The notes below the pieces were generated by a model that saw only the letters and a list, made by a program, of their open reading frames with translations, searched no databases and was not told where the DNA came from. Below, in pieces: positions 1 to 12,790 of a DNA stretch of 64,000 nt. Within the stretch, counting starts at the first letter, position 1; each line of letters opens with the position of its first letter. Made by a program: the position numbers and the translations under genes. Origin of the DNA: Callorhinchus milii (lineage: Eukaryota); NCBI RefSeq assembly GCF_018977255.1, contig NW_024704742.1, forward strand, positions 107,634,001-107,698,000, written 5' to 3'.

Positions 1-39
1 GACTCTGGAAGGTTCAATCTGATTTGTCACTTTGTCCTC

Positions 40-565
40 CTGAGGATTGGAATCACTTTAAAATATTCTTGGTGATGTCAGGTGCCAGATGTGAAAGCAT
101 AATTTTATCCATCATTTCATGCTGCATGTGAATCCGTTCAGTTTGTGTGTATTGAGGAATGCCTGACCGCACCGTGGCAATGTAGCAAACAAAGAAGTGC
201 TCAAAAAGGTATTTACCAGCCATCTGTATTGATTTTGTTTCGGTGAGCGAGTTTTCCTCATCTCATCCCCCGATATTCCCTTGATCAAAATGTGCAAGTT
301 CCTTGACCTGGTCCATGGCATTGAAACCACTCACAATCCCAATGTACTTCCAACCACCAAAAGATGCAGGCATCGATCCGTTCTTCACAACTTCTGATCA
401 AATATCAATCCGCTGGATTAACTTCCTTTACCAAATCTAGACTTGAACCAAATCTTCTTAATTTCATCTTAGCCAAAAAGCTTAGAAGTGATGCGTCCGG
501 ATTGATGAATATTGTCTTCTCATCATGAATGAAAATGGACAAGGCAGCATACGGTACATGGCACC
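40..565 (-). pseudogene. Heavily decayed Gypsy-like LTR retrotransposon integrase fragment (tentative)
   Basis: Minus-strand translation across stops and frameshifts gives TETKSIQMAGKYLFEHFFVCY...GIPQYTQTERIH...DKIML. This resembles the Gypsy integrase segments TAKVLFEHFFVHYG and PQ..G.TER.N..L..ML. No intact ORF. Confidence 0.3.
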
Positions 566-999
566 TATAAATCCCTTCACACCCTAGCACCTGACCTATC
601 TCTATGATCTTCTTCCACTGCTCTATTTTGCTCGCTCCTTCCGCTTGGCTAACTGCTGCATAAACCCCAACCCCCTCTGCTCCACCATCGGACAGTTATT
701 GAAACTAATCTCTGAAAAATCCCTCTCTCTGCCTCACTCGTTATCTATCTGTCTTTCAACCTTGCGTAAAAACCTTACTTCTTCAACTGGGCCTAGTCAC
801 CTCCCCCTTCCCCCTCCCCCTTTCTCGACATCTGACCATGTTTTTTGAAGTGTCACAAGACGTCACCCTATGTGAAGGGCGCTATATATATAATATATAT
901 AGCTGAATATCACAAGCTACTGATTTTAATTTGATATTATGCATAATTATAAAGATGTACTTGCAATTCAAATACACTTTGTAGTCCAACAATTCAATA

Positions 1000-1119
1000 C
1001 ACCCCAAGCACTGCAGTGGAGTGTCAATGTAGACTATATGAGTTCCCAGTCCCAAAGTGGGGCTTGAACCCACAACCTTCTGCCTCAGAGGCAAGAGTGT
1101 TACCAGCTGAGCCAGGCTG
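1000..1119 (-). mobile_element. 5' tRNA-derived head of old DeuSINE/SacSINE1-like SINE
   Basis: Reverse complement reads cagcctggctcagctggtaacactcttgcctctgaggcagaaggttgtgggttcaagccccac (pol III A and B boxes). It matches the heads at 1959, 13028 and 51948. Confidence 0.8.
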
Positions 1120-1704
1120 CCTCACATGCTTTCTGACATTAACTTGTATCTTAACTTAGTTTAAACTCCAGTTCTGAGTGTGGCTTATAATTCAAACATA
1201 TCGTAGATGTCCAGTTAAAGTTATCTGCATCCACCAATGCTATTGTCATATTGCAAAACTGTATGTTGACACCCAAACTAGCTTTATCCTCATGGTATGA
1301 GATGCAAACTAAATTGCCATCAGGTGAATTATCATCTTCTATTATGTTAACATATCTTAATTTTCCCCATCCCTTATCCCGGGCTTGGCTGGGCTTTCAG
1401 CACTTTGCCCCAAAACTCTGGAACTCCCTCATTCAGTCCCTCACCTTCTCCCCCTTTTAACCCATCTTCAGATTACATGTGATATTCCTCTTTAAACGTG
1501 CCTATGGTTACCTTCCCTTTCTCTCCATCAAATTCCACCTTTGTCAATTGTTCAGAGATGCTACCCTGTGAAGGGTGCTGTATAAGTGCACGATGTTGGT
1601 TTTAATTTTGTCCTGATAATATCCAAGTCAATTTACAGTAACATCTACAATGTTATTTTCTGTGCTTATAAGAGTCAGAGAGTTAGGATTAAAACTATAT
1701 TTTG

Positions 1705-1950
1705 AGTGACCAGCAGTGACAGGTACTGATCGATTCTGGTGCTCCAGTTTTTCGCACTATATATGAATTAACTTGATGTGGGAATAGAGGCAAGTATATC
1801 TAAGAGTGCAGATGACACAAAACTAGGGGGTGCAGTGAATCGTGAAGAAGAGAGCAGAATATTGCAATAGGACAGATGAAGATTAAGCAAGATTGCAGAT
1901 GCAGATTCAGCATAGCAAAGTATGAAGTGGTACACCTTGGATGCAAAAAT
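1705..1950 (+). mobile_element. CR1 LINE reverse-transcriptase fragment (decayed)
   Basis: Translates to ISKSADDTKLGGAVNREEE, matching the CR1 RT motif SKFADDTKLGG. Confidence 0.75.
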
Positions 1951-1958
1951 TATTTGTG

Positions 1959-2433
1959 TGTCAACCTGGCTCAGTTGGTAGCACTCTTACCTCTGAGTCA
2001 AAAGGTTATGGGCTCAAACCCCACATCGGAAAATGGAACTCATGTAGTCTAAGCTGACACTCCAATGCAATGCTGGGGTGTTGCATTGTTGGAGGTGCCA
2101 TCCTTCGGAGGAGATGTTAAACTGAGAAGGGAGTTTCTCCAGGTGTCCTGCCGCACAATCCCCCAAATAAAATTACTCATTTACTTTATGGTTGTTTGTG
2201 TGACAGTGCTGTGGGGCAATGTTTGTGGGACAAATGGGGAAGGCACTAAAGCACTGCTCGTGTGAAGCACGCTATAAGAATACAAGTTGTTGTTGTTGCT
2301 TTGTCCAAATTGGCTGCCACATACACCAACAAAACACACAGTCACTGCACTTTACAGTATATTCTGTGAAGCGCTTCAAGATGTCCTCCCAATGTGAAAG
2401 GCGCTATGCCAAATGCAAAGATTATTATTATTA
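1959..2433 (+). mobile_element. DeuSINE/SacSINE1-like SINE, near full length, with an L2-tail fragment inserted at about 2235-2300
   Basis: Head gtcaacctggctcagttggtagcactcttacctctgagtc, body ggaggtgccatccttcggaggagatgttaaac, tail gaagcgcttcaagatgtcctcccaatgtgaaaggcgctat...(tta)n. Confidence 0.8.
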
Positions 2434-2739
2434 TATGGGAGAAGAAAGAACAAAAGAATTTAGGAATCTGATATACAATTCATGAAAATGTGATTTGCAG
2501 TTGCAATACAATACTAATTTACATTTATTGAGCACCTTTCATGCAGGGAGGACATCCCAAGGTGCTGGACATGCCGAAGTTTGCACCAAACTGAAGGGGT
2601 GAAGACGACGGGATGCAGAGGGGAAGATGGCTAAAAGAGCAGGAAAAGAAGAAGGTCTTGAAGGAGGCGAGCGAAAGGGTGAGTCAAAGGGACTCTGGGA
2701 TGGAGTTACAGAGAGTGAGGGCAGATACACTGAAAGAAG

Positions 2740-3270
2740 GAAACAATTAAGGATAATGGGATAGGTATTGAATACAAAAACTTGGAAGTGCTACTGCAGT
2801 TACATAAAGTGGTTGTCAGATCTCCTTCTGGAGTATTGGAATCAGTTTTGAGCATTCACTTTAGAAAGCATATAATTGGTCTTGGAGCAAGGCCAGCCAC
2901 AATTCACCAGATTGGGAGTTATCTTTGATAAAAGGCTAAACAAATTTACATTATATTCCCTAGAGCTGAGGTTAAGGGGTGTTCTGATTGAAGTGTTTCA
3001 ACTGATAAAAGTAAATTGAAAAGGTAGAGAGGGAACCATTCTTTTCTTTCATAGGTAAAATGAAAGAACGGGACGTAATCTTCAAATTAGAATTAAATTG
3101 GTTAAAATGAATCCAGGAAAGCGTGCTGCCCACAAAGTACATGAGAATGTGGAATGCATTGCCCCCAGTAGATTGTTGATGGAGAATCAATTGAAATGTA
3201 TAGAAGGGAGATGAAGACTCAGGAAGTAAGGATATTGAGGGATATGGAGATAAAATGGGGAAAATAGGAT
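2740..3270 (+). mobile_element. Old CR1 LINE 3' region (decayed)
   Basis: Resembles the better-preserved CR1 at 42345-42860 (e.g. gagctgaggttaaggggtgttctgattgaagtgtttcaa, atgtggaatgcattgcc). Confidence 0.65.
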
Positions 3271-4904
3271 TAATTTTATCCAAATTCTTTAGTAATCATG
3301 GATGAATTCAGCTTATTCTCATTAGATGAGAATAAACTGAAATCCCTAAGTGGGAAGAATCTCTGGGGCCCAATAACCAGTCTCTCCCTCCGAGTCCTGC
3401 TTATGGGCCAGGCTGGATGGTCTGTCATGAGCAGTGCCCTGGAGTACTGCAGACACACCTGGCTCAGGAACTGGACGACTATGTTAGCCAAGGAGGCTTG
3501 ACTCAATTCCGACATTCTGTTGTAAAGCATGTCACTTTGCAGCCAACACCTCCCGCTTACCTTCCGCCAAGAAGGATAGTCAAACTGTACAATACAAACC
3601 GTACATAACATGTATAATAAAACAATTCATTACATGAAGAGCCATCCTTCAAAACTATCCCAAACATTGCATTAGTATCCTTTGTGCATTATTAAAACTG
3701 AATAATCAGATTAAAATCCTGAATAAGAAAGTATTCTTGTGTTACAGTATTCTCCAACTATCTTATTCCAATAGTACTGCTTTGAATTTTTAAAAACGAC
3801 TTTAAAAATATTTTTCGCCTTTTTATCACTAGATCGCATAAAGCTATTTGCCTTCTTGACACTTGAAACTCGGAATACAGAATAATCATTGATGACAATG
3901 ATTCTGTAGACAACAATGACTCCCTCCACTTACAGACAACTACAAAAATAGCACAGATTCAGGAAATTAACTTGGATGGGAAAGAGAAGTTGGAAAACAA
4001 ATGGTGTAAATATGTAGCTCTGCAAGCAAATGAGTTATTCCATATTAAAAACTTTGGATTCTAATTTAATTTATTCAGATTTTAGACCTCTGGCATGAAG
4101 CTTTGTACTTGAATAATAACATGATTTACATCTGAATACCTGAGTCAAAACAAGATGATTGTTTTTGAATACAGAATAAGATAGCACTCATTCCATTATT
4201 TTTCACAAAATTCTTAACTTTTAGTTTGCATGTGGAACTTGCCAATGCTCGATTTATATTTTTCCATAAATGCTTCATATCAATTTATTTCTTTGTGATG
4301 GTTCAAATATCTGTCAGAAAAGTAATTGGACTCTATCCTCCTTAGCAAATGTCATCATTCCAATTCTTTAAAATATGCGTTTTAATTTTAGCAGAATGTC
4401 ACTTTTCTCCATATAAGGTCATAAGTGATAGTTTTCATGCCTGGTGAACAAATTGAATTTAGAAGATTCTGGTCCAGCTCTTGCTAACCAGCAAAATGAC
4501 TAGATTCAAAGCGTCTGTGAATTTCATCAGTGAGCCAATAGTGAACCTGTGGAACAGGCTCCCTAGGGAGACGGTTGAAGCAGGAAGTGTTGATTCTTTC
4601 AAACACAAATTAGACAGTTTTCTTTAAGGAAATAACATTATGGGATATAGTACATAGATAGATCAGGTCATATGTGCATGTGACCACCAGGAAGGTGGAA
4701 GGTGAACTGGAGGGACCTTGGTCTTTTTTCATTTCGCATTTCTTACTTTCTTATGTTCTTATTCATGAATATTGAAAGTTGTTTGAATGGTTACATTAGC
4801 AAAACAGTTCATTGCAATTTTCAGCAACCACCAAAGTGCAACAAAAGGCCAATATTAAAATGGCTGATGATCTTCTCACACTTTCACTGACCTTTTCTCA
4901 CACT

Positions 4905-5273
4905 CACAGGAGGTTATGGGTTCAAGCCCCACATCGGGACCTTAAACTCATACAAAGATGCATTGTCGGAAGTGCTGTGCTTCAGATCAGACTTTAAACT
5001 AAAGTCTTGTCTGCCTGTTCAAGTGGAAGTCAAAGAACCCATGGCACTATTTGAAAAGAGAAGGGAATTTCTCCCAGATTCCAGTCAACATTCCCCCAAA
5101 TAAAATTGGTTGCTCAATTTCAAAGCAGTTTATGAATCATTGGTGTGTGCAATTTAGCAAATTGGCCACAAATACACAGTGACTACACCTCACAGTAAAA
5201 TGCTATGAAGTGTATTGACATTTTCTGTATATGGGATATTGTTATATCAAATGCAAGGATTATTATTACTATT
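4905..5273 (+). mobile_element. DeuSINE/SacSINE1-like SINE
   Basis: ggttatgggttcaagccccac B box, aacccatggcactatttgaaaagagaaggg body, tatatcaaatgcaaggattattatt tail. Confidence 0.8.
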
Positions 5274-5444
5274 ACTTTTCACTTAAAATTCCAACTAATC
5301 TTAGCCTGTAAGACCATTGTTTGTTAAAAATAAACATTGGGTAGATTAATGCAAAAATATATCTCAATTCAGTTTTAATTTGGAAGCCAGTTTCAGCAGT
5401 TCTTAAAAAGAAGCAGCTTCCAAATTAACCATTAACATACATGG

Positions 5445-6770
5445 TTCTTTCCTTGAATGCTTCAGATCCTACCTCTCATACTGTCTCCACTTCATCTGCA
5501 CAAACCGCTTCTCCTCTAGCCCCCGCACCATCTCGTTCAGCGTTCCTCAGGGCTCTGTCCTTGGTCCCCTCCTCTTCAAGATATACATCGTCCCTCTTGG
5601 TGACATCATTATTAGTATTATCATCTGCAGACATGGGGTCAATTTCCACATGTATGCGGATGACACCCAACTCTGTCTTTTTACTTCCACCCTGTCCTGA
5701 TAGAATGTCTGTCAGACATCAAGTCCTGGATGAGAGCTAACTTTCTACAGTTGAACATCAAGAAGACCGAGGCTCTCCTGATTGGCTCCCGTTAGCGCCT
5801 CCTCGCCTCACACGCTGACAGCATCACCATCCATGGTTGCACACTCCACCTCACTAAGCCAGTCCGGAAGCTTGTCATCTTGTTTGACCCTCAACTATCC
5901 TTTCTACCCCACACCCATACCATGTCCCGCTCTGCCTTCCCCACCCCCCGCAACATCGCCCGGCTCCGCCACTGTTTCACACCTCAGGCCGCCGAAACCC
6001 TCATACATGCATTCATAACATCCAAGCTCAGCTACTCAAACTCCCTGCTCAGCTACGCAAACTCCCACTGCTTGTGGGACACTGCTGTGCGCAATTGGCT
6101 GCCGCGTTCGCCCACAAATATACAGTCAATTCACTTTACAGTATATTCTGTGAAGCGCTTTGGGAAGTCTAGAAGACGTGGAAAGCGCTATATCAAATGC
6201 AAGGATTATTATTATTATTATTATTATTGTCAGCCTCCCCAACTCTTCCCTTTATAGGCTGCAGATCATCCAGAACTCTGCAGCCCATGTCCTCTCCCGC
6301 ACCAGGATCCATGACCCTATCACCCCCATTTTTGCCCGACTCCACTGACTTCCCATCACACAGAGGATACAGTTCAAGATTCTGGTCCTCACCTTCAAAG
6401 CCCTCCATGGCCTTGCTCCCCCCGACCTCTGAGACCTCCTAACCCCCACCAACCTGCCCACTCCCTTTGGCCAGCGGACTCTGGCCTGCTTCACTTCCAC
6501 TGCTGCGCCCACCCCACCATTGGTGGTCGGGGCTTCTGCCACTCTGCCTCCACCCCCTGGAACTCCATCCCACAATCCCTCCCCCTCGCCCCCTCCCTTG
6601 CCTTCTGAAAGACCCACCTCAAGACCCTTTTCTTCACCCTGCTTCCTCCCCTGCGCTCTACCCTCCCCGATTCCGACTCCCAGCTCAGGTTCTAAACACT
6701 GATTGTCCAGTGCCTTGGGACATTCTCCCGATGTGAAGGGTGCTGTACAAATGTAATTTTGTTGTTGTTG
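5445..6770 (+). mobile_element. 5'-truncated L2 (LINE2) element, interrupted by a SINE tail at about 6070-6228
   Basis: RT-region motifs (cagggctctgtccttggtccc = QGSVLGP; tatgcggatgacacccaa = YADDTQ), LQIIQNSAAHVL...DPITPIFARLH, and a 3' end with stem-loop and (ttg)n. Frameshifted. Confidence 0.9.
6070..6228 (+). mobile_element. 5'-truncated young SINE tail nested in L2
   Basis: tgtgggacactgctgtgcgcaattggctgccgcgttcgcccacaaatatacagtcaattc...aaggattattattatt, as in the full copies at 28638 and 52357. Confidence 0.9.
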
Positions 6771-9264
6771 TCTGAAGTGAAGAATTTTCCATAATTCTGC
6801 TAAATCGTACATTTTAATAAAGAAGAAAGGATTCACAGTCTAAAACTAGGTGGAACTTGGGTTTTGTCAGCCTTTGGAAAACGCAATTAGCACATCAAAT
6901 TTAATCTGCTATGTGGATGGTGTTCGGAGATGCTACATGCGTGAAGGCCCTATATAAATGCAAGTTGTTGATGTTGAATAGCACTGGTTTAATCCACATT
7001 CTATATTTCAAGAATAAACCGGAAACAATAGGAATTTGGCTATATATCTTGTTGATATGTAAAGGAAATGTAGCTTTGAGCTGGAGTTAATAAGGTATGT
7101 GGTTATATGTGAAATTTAAACAGTGCCACTAAATTTCACATTGTCATCCGTACATTCCCTCAATCTTCACAAAGATGTTCATATGCATTTGGTTAACAAC
7201 TGTATAATTTTATTGAAAGATTAGTGGGAACAATCATTCAGGATTATTTATGCCAAGTAATATAATATAGAATATTATATAGCCTTGCTTATTTATTATT
7301 TAGCTAACCCTGAAAAAGTATATCTATATTCTGTCATGAAATGTGACAAAGTTAGATGATTTGTGGCTTAGCACCCAACAGGAGTTTGTATCATCAGCAA
7401 CAAATATGAAGCATTCAAACTTCAATTGATTATTCATTCCTACTATTAGTACCCAGAATATATATTGCATTAAAAGCATGGATTTTATCAGAATTATTGC
7501 TTCATCTCAGTGCTACATGATTCAGTAAGCAAATGTGCGGTGGTATGAAACAGGTTTCCATTTTAAAAGACCAAGAATTCCCTAGTTGGGAATAATACAG
7601 CCAGATGCAAAATAAAGTTGTGATTTATATGTATTATATACACCATCCCCCCTTTCATAAATGTATTTTATTTATTTATAATATGATCACCTGCATAAAA
7701 TAGTCTATTTCTGGCTTCAGTTGCAACAAAACCTCTGCTTTTATTGAGAGCCGTGTCAATTAAATCGAAGGTGGCTTCAGCGAGACTATTTTGTAATTCT
7801 GAAGCCCTGAAGCTGTATTCTGAGGTTTACCTGCACCACAGAGGTCAGTTATGAAAAACAAATAAAAATTGAAAATCTAATATGCACTGTACAGATGCAT
7901 CGAAGGTCCCATTACTCAGCTGCAAAAAAACTGCAAAAAATAACAAGATTGTACTATCATGTGATATGATTATTCTTCAGGTCTAGTGTATATCATTACC
8001 CTTGTTCTTAGGCACCAATTTCTTCTTCATTGCACTGCCAGGAAACATTTGAATATAAAAGAAACCAAGAACACATCAAAACCATGAACTCTTTCAGAAT
8101 TGTACTGTTCATTGAACTACTGTAGACTTAAAATGTACCTGCCAACTGGCTCAGCAAAGAAAAATATGTTGAAGAAAACGGTAGCAAATATAAATTAAAC
8201 ATCATAGTTTAGAGGCCAGCAACCTCTAAGGTATCACAAAAACAGACATTTTCAGTGAAGGAACAGGCCATTCAGCCTATTGTTTTTATTGATCTTCAGT
8301 TTTAAACATTGTGATTTGCTATGCTACACATCAGAATATATAACTGTAAGAGATGTCAGACTGTCCTGGGTAAACTAGTCAACATCACTCTCATGGAATG
8401 AATATGCTTAATCTCAGCAGAAACCGCTTGTTTAGGTTATAGTTGCATATATCACCTCCCACATATTGAACATTTTAAACGATGACGATACATACAGTAT
8501 AATGCTTAAGATGTTGACTTTTTTGTGGCTGAGTAATGACTGCCTGAAGTGATCTGTGCATTGACTCGGTTTCTGTTCTATTTTCAGTCAATAAAGCCTT
8601 ATACAGAAGTAATCAAAAGCAAAATAAGCATCAAGATATAGTCAGATCCCTAAAATATGCCTACATATCACTTTACCAGGTTTTACTGATAGCATAGCAT
8701 GTGTAACATGCAGATCTGTGCTGATAAATGTTGAATGAGGTCATTCTGCTGCCTAGCAACCCAAGAAAACCCAAAACTAATTTCAAGAAATTCAATGTCA
8801 TTGCTTACTATGTATTGATATTATAGCTGTATTTTATGTTGCATGAAAGGATATGGCAGACAAAAATAAATGAAATTATTATTATTGGTTACTTAGCCGG
8901 GATATTTAATTCTTTATTTACCTTCACTGACCTGCAAAGCTTTGCTGATCAAAATTAATCTGAAAATGATCAATGTGGGCTTGGTGGCCAAATGTCCTTG
9001 AATGCTGTCCTTCACCTCTGGGATCAGGATGTAACCACTGCCTACAAAATACAGTCATTGCACTTTATAGTAAATCCTGTGAAGCAATTTGAGACAACTT
9101 CCTGATGTGAAAAGTGCTCTATCAAATGTAAGGATTTTTTTTTTGCTTCTTGCTTAGAATGGTGGGGTGAAAGTTTCCGAGTAAAAGATCCAGTAGCAGT
9201 GGGCCAATTCCCAATAATGTGAGCTCAAAACAATACACTGCACATAATTCACTCTTGAGTATGG

Positions 9265-9584
9265 TAATAATATAATAATAATCCTTGCATTTGATATAGC
9301 GCTTTTCACGTCTTCTAGATGTCTCAAAGCACTTCACAGAGTATTCTGTAAAGTGAATTGACTGTATATTTGAGGGCAAAATGCAGCAGCCAATTACGCA
9401 CAGCAGTGTCCCACAAACAGTCGTGGATTGAAGTGACCAATTTATTATTCTTTTATTTTCTTGAGGAATTATTATCAGACGTGTGGAGTAAGGAAACTTG
9501 CCCAAGGTTTCACCCTGTCGGGAATCAAACCCAGGTCTCTCGCTTGCAAAGCGAGTACTCTAACCACTGAGCTATAGGACTCCA
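9265..9584 (-). mobile_element. Young tRNA-Ala-derived SINE, full length, short form
   Basis: Reverse complement starts tggagtcctatagctcagtggttagagtactcgctttgcaagcgagagacctgggtttgattcc and ends in the L2-like stem-loop and (tta)n. Confidence 0.92.
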
Positions 9585-10779
9585 CAGCATTAATGCAAGA
9601 TTAGCACTTGTCTCAGCATTTTAGTGAAATTTTATAGAATGTGCTAGCAATCAACATGTTAATACACAGATTCTGCCCCCACCCAATTTCCCTATGCACA
9701 GAATTTTCCTTCTGAACCTGGTATGAAGAAAGGGATAAGCCTGAAAGAGTTAAACTATGAGGTTGCAGAAACAGTGTTCTTATTTGCCATTAAAGCAATC
9801 TTTGAACTTTTGAAAATGGATGTTAAAATAACTTGACAATTTATATGGTTCAATACAGTTCAGGACTGCTAAATTCAACGGCTTCTTCACAACACTGTGT
9901 TTTCCACATAACACTGTAATCTGCCAAAGGACAAAGGTAGATGTAAAAGATGCCAAGAATAATAATGTACCAGATGACATTGAGAATCGTGCAGATTTGC
10001 AGACTTTGAAGAGCTGAGGGTTAGATACGTGGTTTAAAATGTAAGAACAGAATGAATTACTAATAAAGAGTTGGGAATGTTTTTCATAACAGATTTGATA
10101 GTTCTGCGATATTTTGTCATTATTAGAAATGTGGACACTTTCTTTGAGACATTCTCCTTATGTGAAAGGCGCTATATAAATATAAATTGTATTGTAGGAC
10201 CATAGGGGAGGAAGCTTCAAGGGTCAGAGCCTCTGTCTTCTTAAAAAGGTGCCCAAAAAATGTGTCCCATCACTCTCTTACTTGGGCTGGGCTGAAGATA
10301 GAGAGCCTGCCCTGCCCTGGGCCAAGAATCATGAGGCCTAGGTCACATGGCTGGTCCAAGGTTGATTAACAGTTGAATTTAGAGCAGGCGGGTTTGCAAA
10401 TGTGTGGGTTTGTAAGAGGGGTGACAACCCAGGTACCTGCATCATCTGCAGTAGTGTTGCTGTCATAGATTTAACCCTCCCCCTTAATATGATGTCCCAA
10501 GACTGAAAAGTCCCAACTTGTGTAATTATTGCTGAAAGCTAATTCCTCTAACACTGGGATCATCCTCATTGCTCTTCGCTGCACAAAAGAACATTGCACT
10601 CTTTGTTAGCGATGGCCAAGGAAATTGTTACAGGTTCAATGAGACCTGATAATTTGCTCCACACTGTGCTGTGCTGACAGACAACCCTCGAAGTAGATTG
10701 AAACTTTGTTCTGTTCTGTGTCTTGTCAACATCCAACAGAAGAATTCACATTTCCATAGCACCTGATCATCAAAAAAAG

Positions 10780-11110
10780 TGCTTCCCAAGTAATTACTGT
10801 TAAGTGTGATGACTGTTTGGCAGGTAAACACAGCAGCCATTTGCATCAGCAAAGTCACAAAAAGAACCAAGAGGTAAATAAATAAGAAGAACTCCCAAGA
10901 CATCGGAAGAACATCCTGTCTTTTTCATTGACTACTTGGGATTTTTTATGTCCACCTGAAAACCGGTTTATTTTGTCTGTTACATGTGATCTCATTTCAA
11001 CTGAAAAATGGCAAGTATGGCAATTCAGCGGAGTACAGCACTGGAATGCCAGGTTAGACTATTGGGATTTAAACCCACAACCTTGAATCTCAGCAGAAGA
11101 CAAGATGTAA
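10780..11110 (-). mobile_element. Decayed DeuSINE/SacSINE1-like SINE
   Basis: gggatttaaacccacaaccttgaatctcag head and cagcagccatttgcatcagcaaagtcacaaaa tail region on the minus strand. Confidence 0.6.
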
Positions 11111-12319
11111 CTTGTTTACAAAATACAGTCATTACACCTGATAAACTAATACATAATAAATTGTGATGCTTTTTAAGACATTTCAATGTCTTTGAAGGCA
11201 TTACAAAATGCAAGCTGTTCTTCAAATTTTCCTTATATCTTATTCAGACTTCGATCATGAAACTGTGTCTGCTCTCCTATACACATCTGGCACATCTCAT
11301 AAAGAGTGTCTCTGGACTGTCTGCTGGGAGGGCAGCATATTGTTTACATAAGATTTTATTGTGGTTTGGTTGGACAGGCAGATAGCCAGCATCAGGCACT
11401 CTGTTGTCACCCTGTATTATTTTCAAGCAATGTAGCATTCTTCGTTTGTTGGCAGTACTCCAAAAGAACCGCAGAAAGCCAACTTCTAAGATAAAACCGA
11501 GTTTAAGAACAGCCTCCAAATTCAACACAGTCTTACATTTTGAGACAATGGTCTTATAATAATACTTGATATAGTGTCATCAAGACTTCTCAAATCGCTT
11601 CACTGGATAAATTGTAAGTGGTGTGACTGTATTTTGTTGGCAAATGTGACAGCCAATTTCCACACAGCAATGTTTCATATTGAGTGAGTAACCAATTTTA
11701 TTCAGGGGATTGTTGGCCAGGATATGTTCAGCCTAACATGAGGAATTGTGCTCTAATTACTCTAACTGAGAGCAAGGTCAGACCGAATTGAACACGTGAG
11801 ATAAACATGGTTGATGAATAGGTGGTTTATTAGTGCCAGGGGAGGAGACTTCAGTTAATTCAACTGTTTGTACACCCTCTTCCAACTTACTCTCACCCAC
11901 ACTCCTCACTTGGGTACTTATGGGCTAATGTGCGATGCTCTAAACTCACAGATCTTCTCTAGAACATCTGCTCAACATCTAGTTCAAAGGAGTTTCTTCA
12001 TCTGAATCACTCTTGTAATAAAAGAATGTCTGGCCCAATTCGATGACCTGCATTTATGAGCCTATTTCCAAAACTATACATTTATGATGTAAATATCTGC
12101 ATTTATACCTGGCACATTTGTAATAGTGGAGTTTCCCACTTATCAGTCAGGATCTGAGCCAGTACAAGGAACTAGGTTTCTTCTAAATAAGACAGGGAGA
12201 CAATGAACTGTCAGATGCTGGATAGCCTGTTTATCCAACTAGACTGGAATAAAATCATATTTCAACAATATGTTGCCCACCCAGAGGATGTGCCAGATGT
12301 GTGCAGGAGAGCAGAACTG

Positions 12320-12790
12320 ACACAACGCTTTTTGAGTTTTATTTTTCTCCTTCTAGTGATTATTTTAATTCCCTGCACGCTTGTCAGCTTTCTAACAAAT
12401 GTTGCAAGTTTTTCTTTCCCATTCTGGTTTGTAATTATCCAGTCACAGATCCATCTGCTGGTATTTGGCAGCTTCCGTACAAGAAGTTTACTTCTTTCTT
12501 CAGCTTCTTCCCCTTCTGCCCCCAAATGTAGCTTCAATATTATCTGTGGCATTTTCGCATATCACTAATTTCTTTTGTTTTGCTTCCATCCTTAGCTGAA
12601 GGCTATTTTCACATCTGTCAGTAATATTTGCTTTCTCCTGCATGTTTTTCTACACATTGATTATTACCGGTATACACACTATTTCAAAGATGGCAAGGAG
12701 TCTTTCAAACAGTTTAATCAGGTAACATTGCTTTGTGAAGAGAAACACCGTCTTCATAAAAAAAAATGATCCTTTGCTTTCACCTTTCTG
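12320..12790 (-). pseudogene. Possible decayed piggyBac-like transposase C-terminus (tentative)
   Basis: Across frameshifts: FMKTV...CYLIKLFERLLAIFEIV (cf. KWYKKLFFRLLDIA), NSLQLRMEA (cf. LQFRLE), then ERKTCNIC*KADK...LCQFC resembling the Cys-rich C-terminal domain. Confidence 0.3.

Noticed and set aside
5880..6257. Recurrent peptide [15 protein letters not shown]...[10 protein letters not shown] as a gene family
   Set aside because: This is the translation of the SINE tail; the poly-Y and poly-I come from (tta)n.
7690..7830. Minus-strand exon ASELQNSLAEATFDLIDTALNKSRG and a 10-bp inverted repeat
   Set aside because: All frames from the best acceptor hit stops, the donor is weak, and the hairpin is short and AT-rich.
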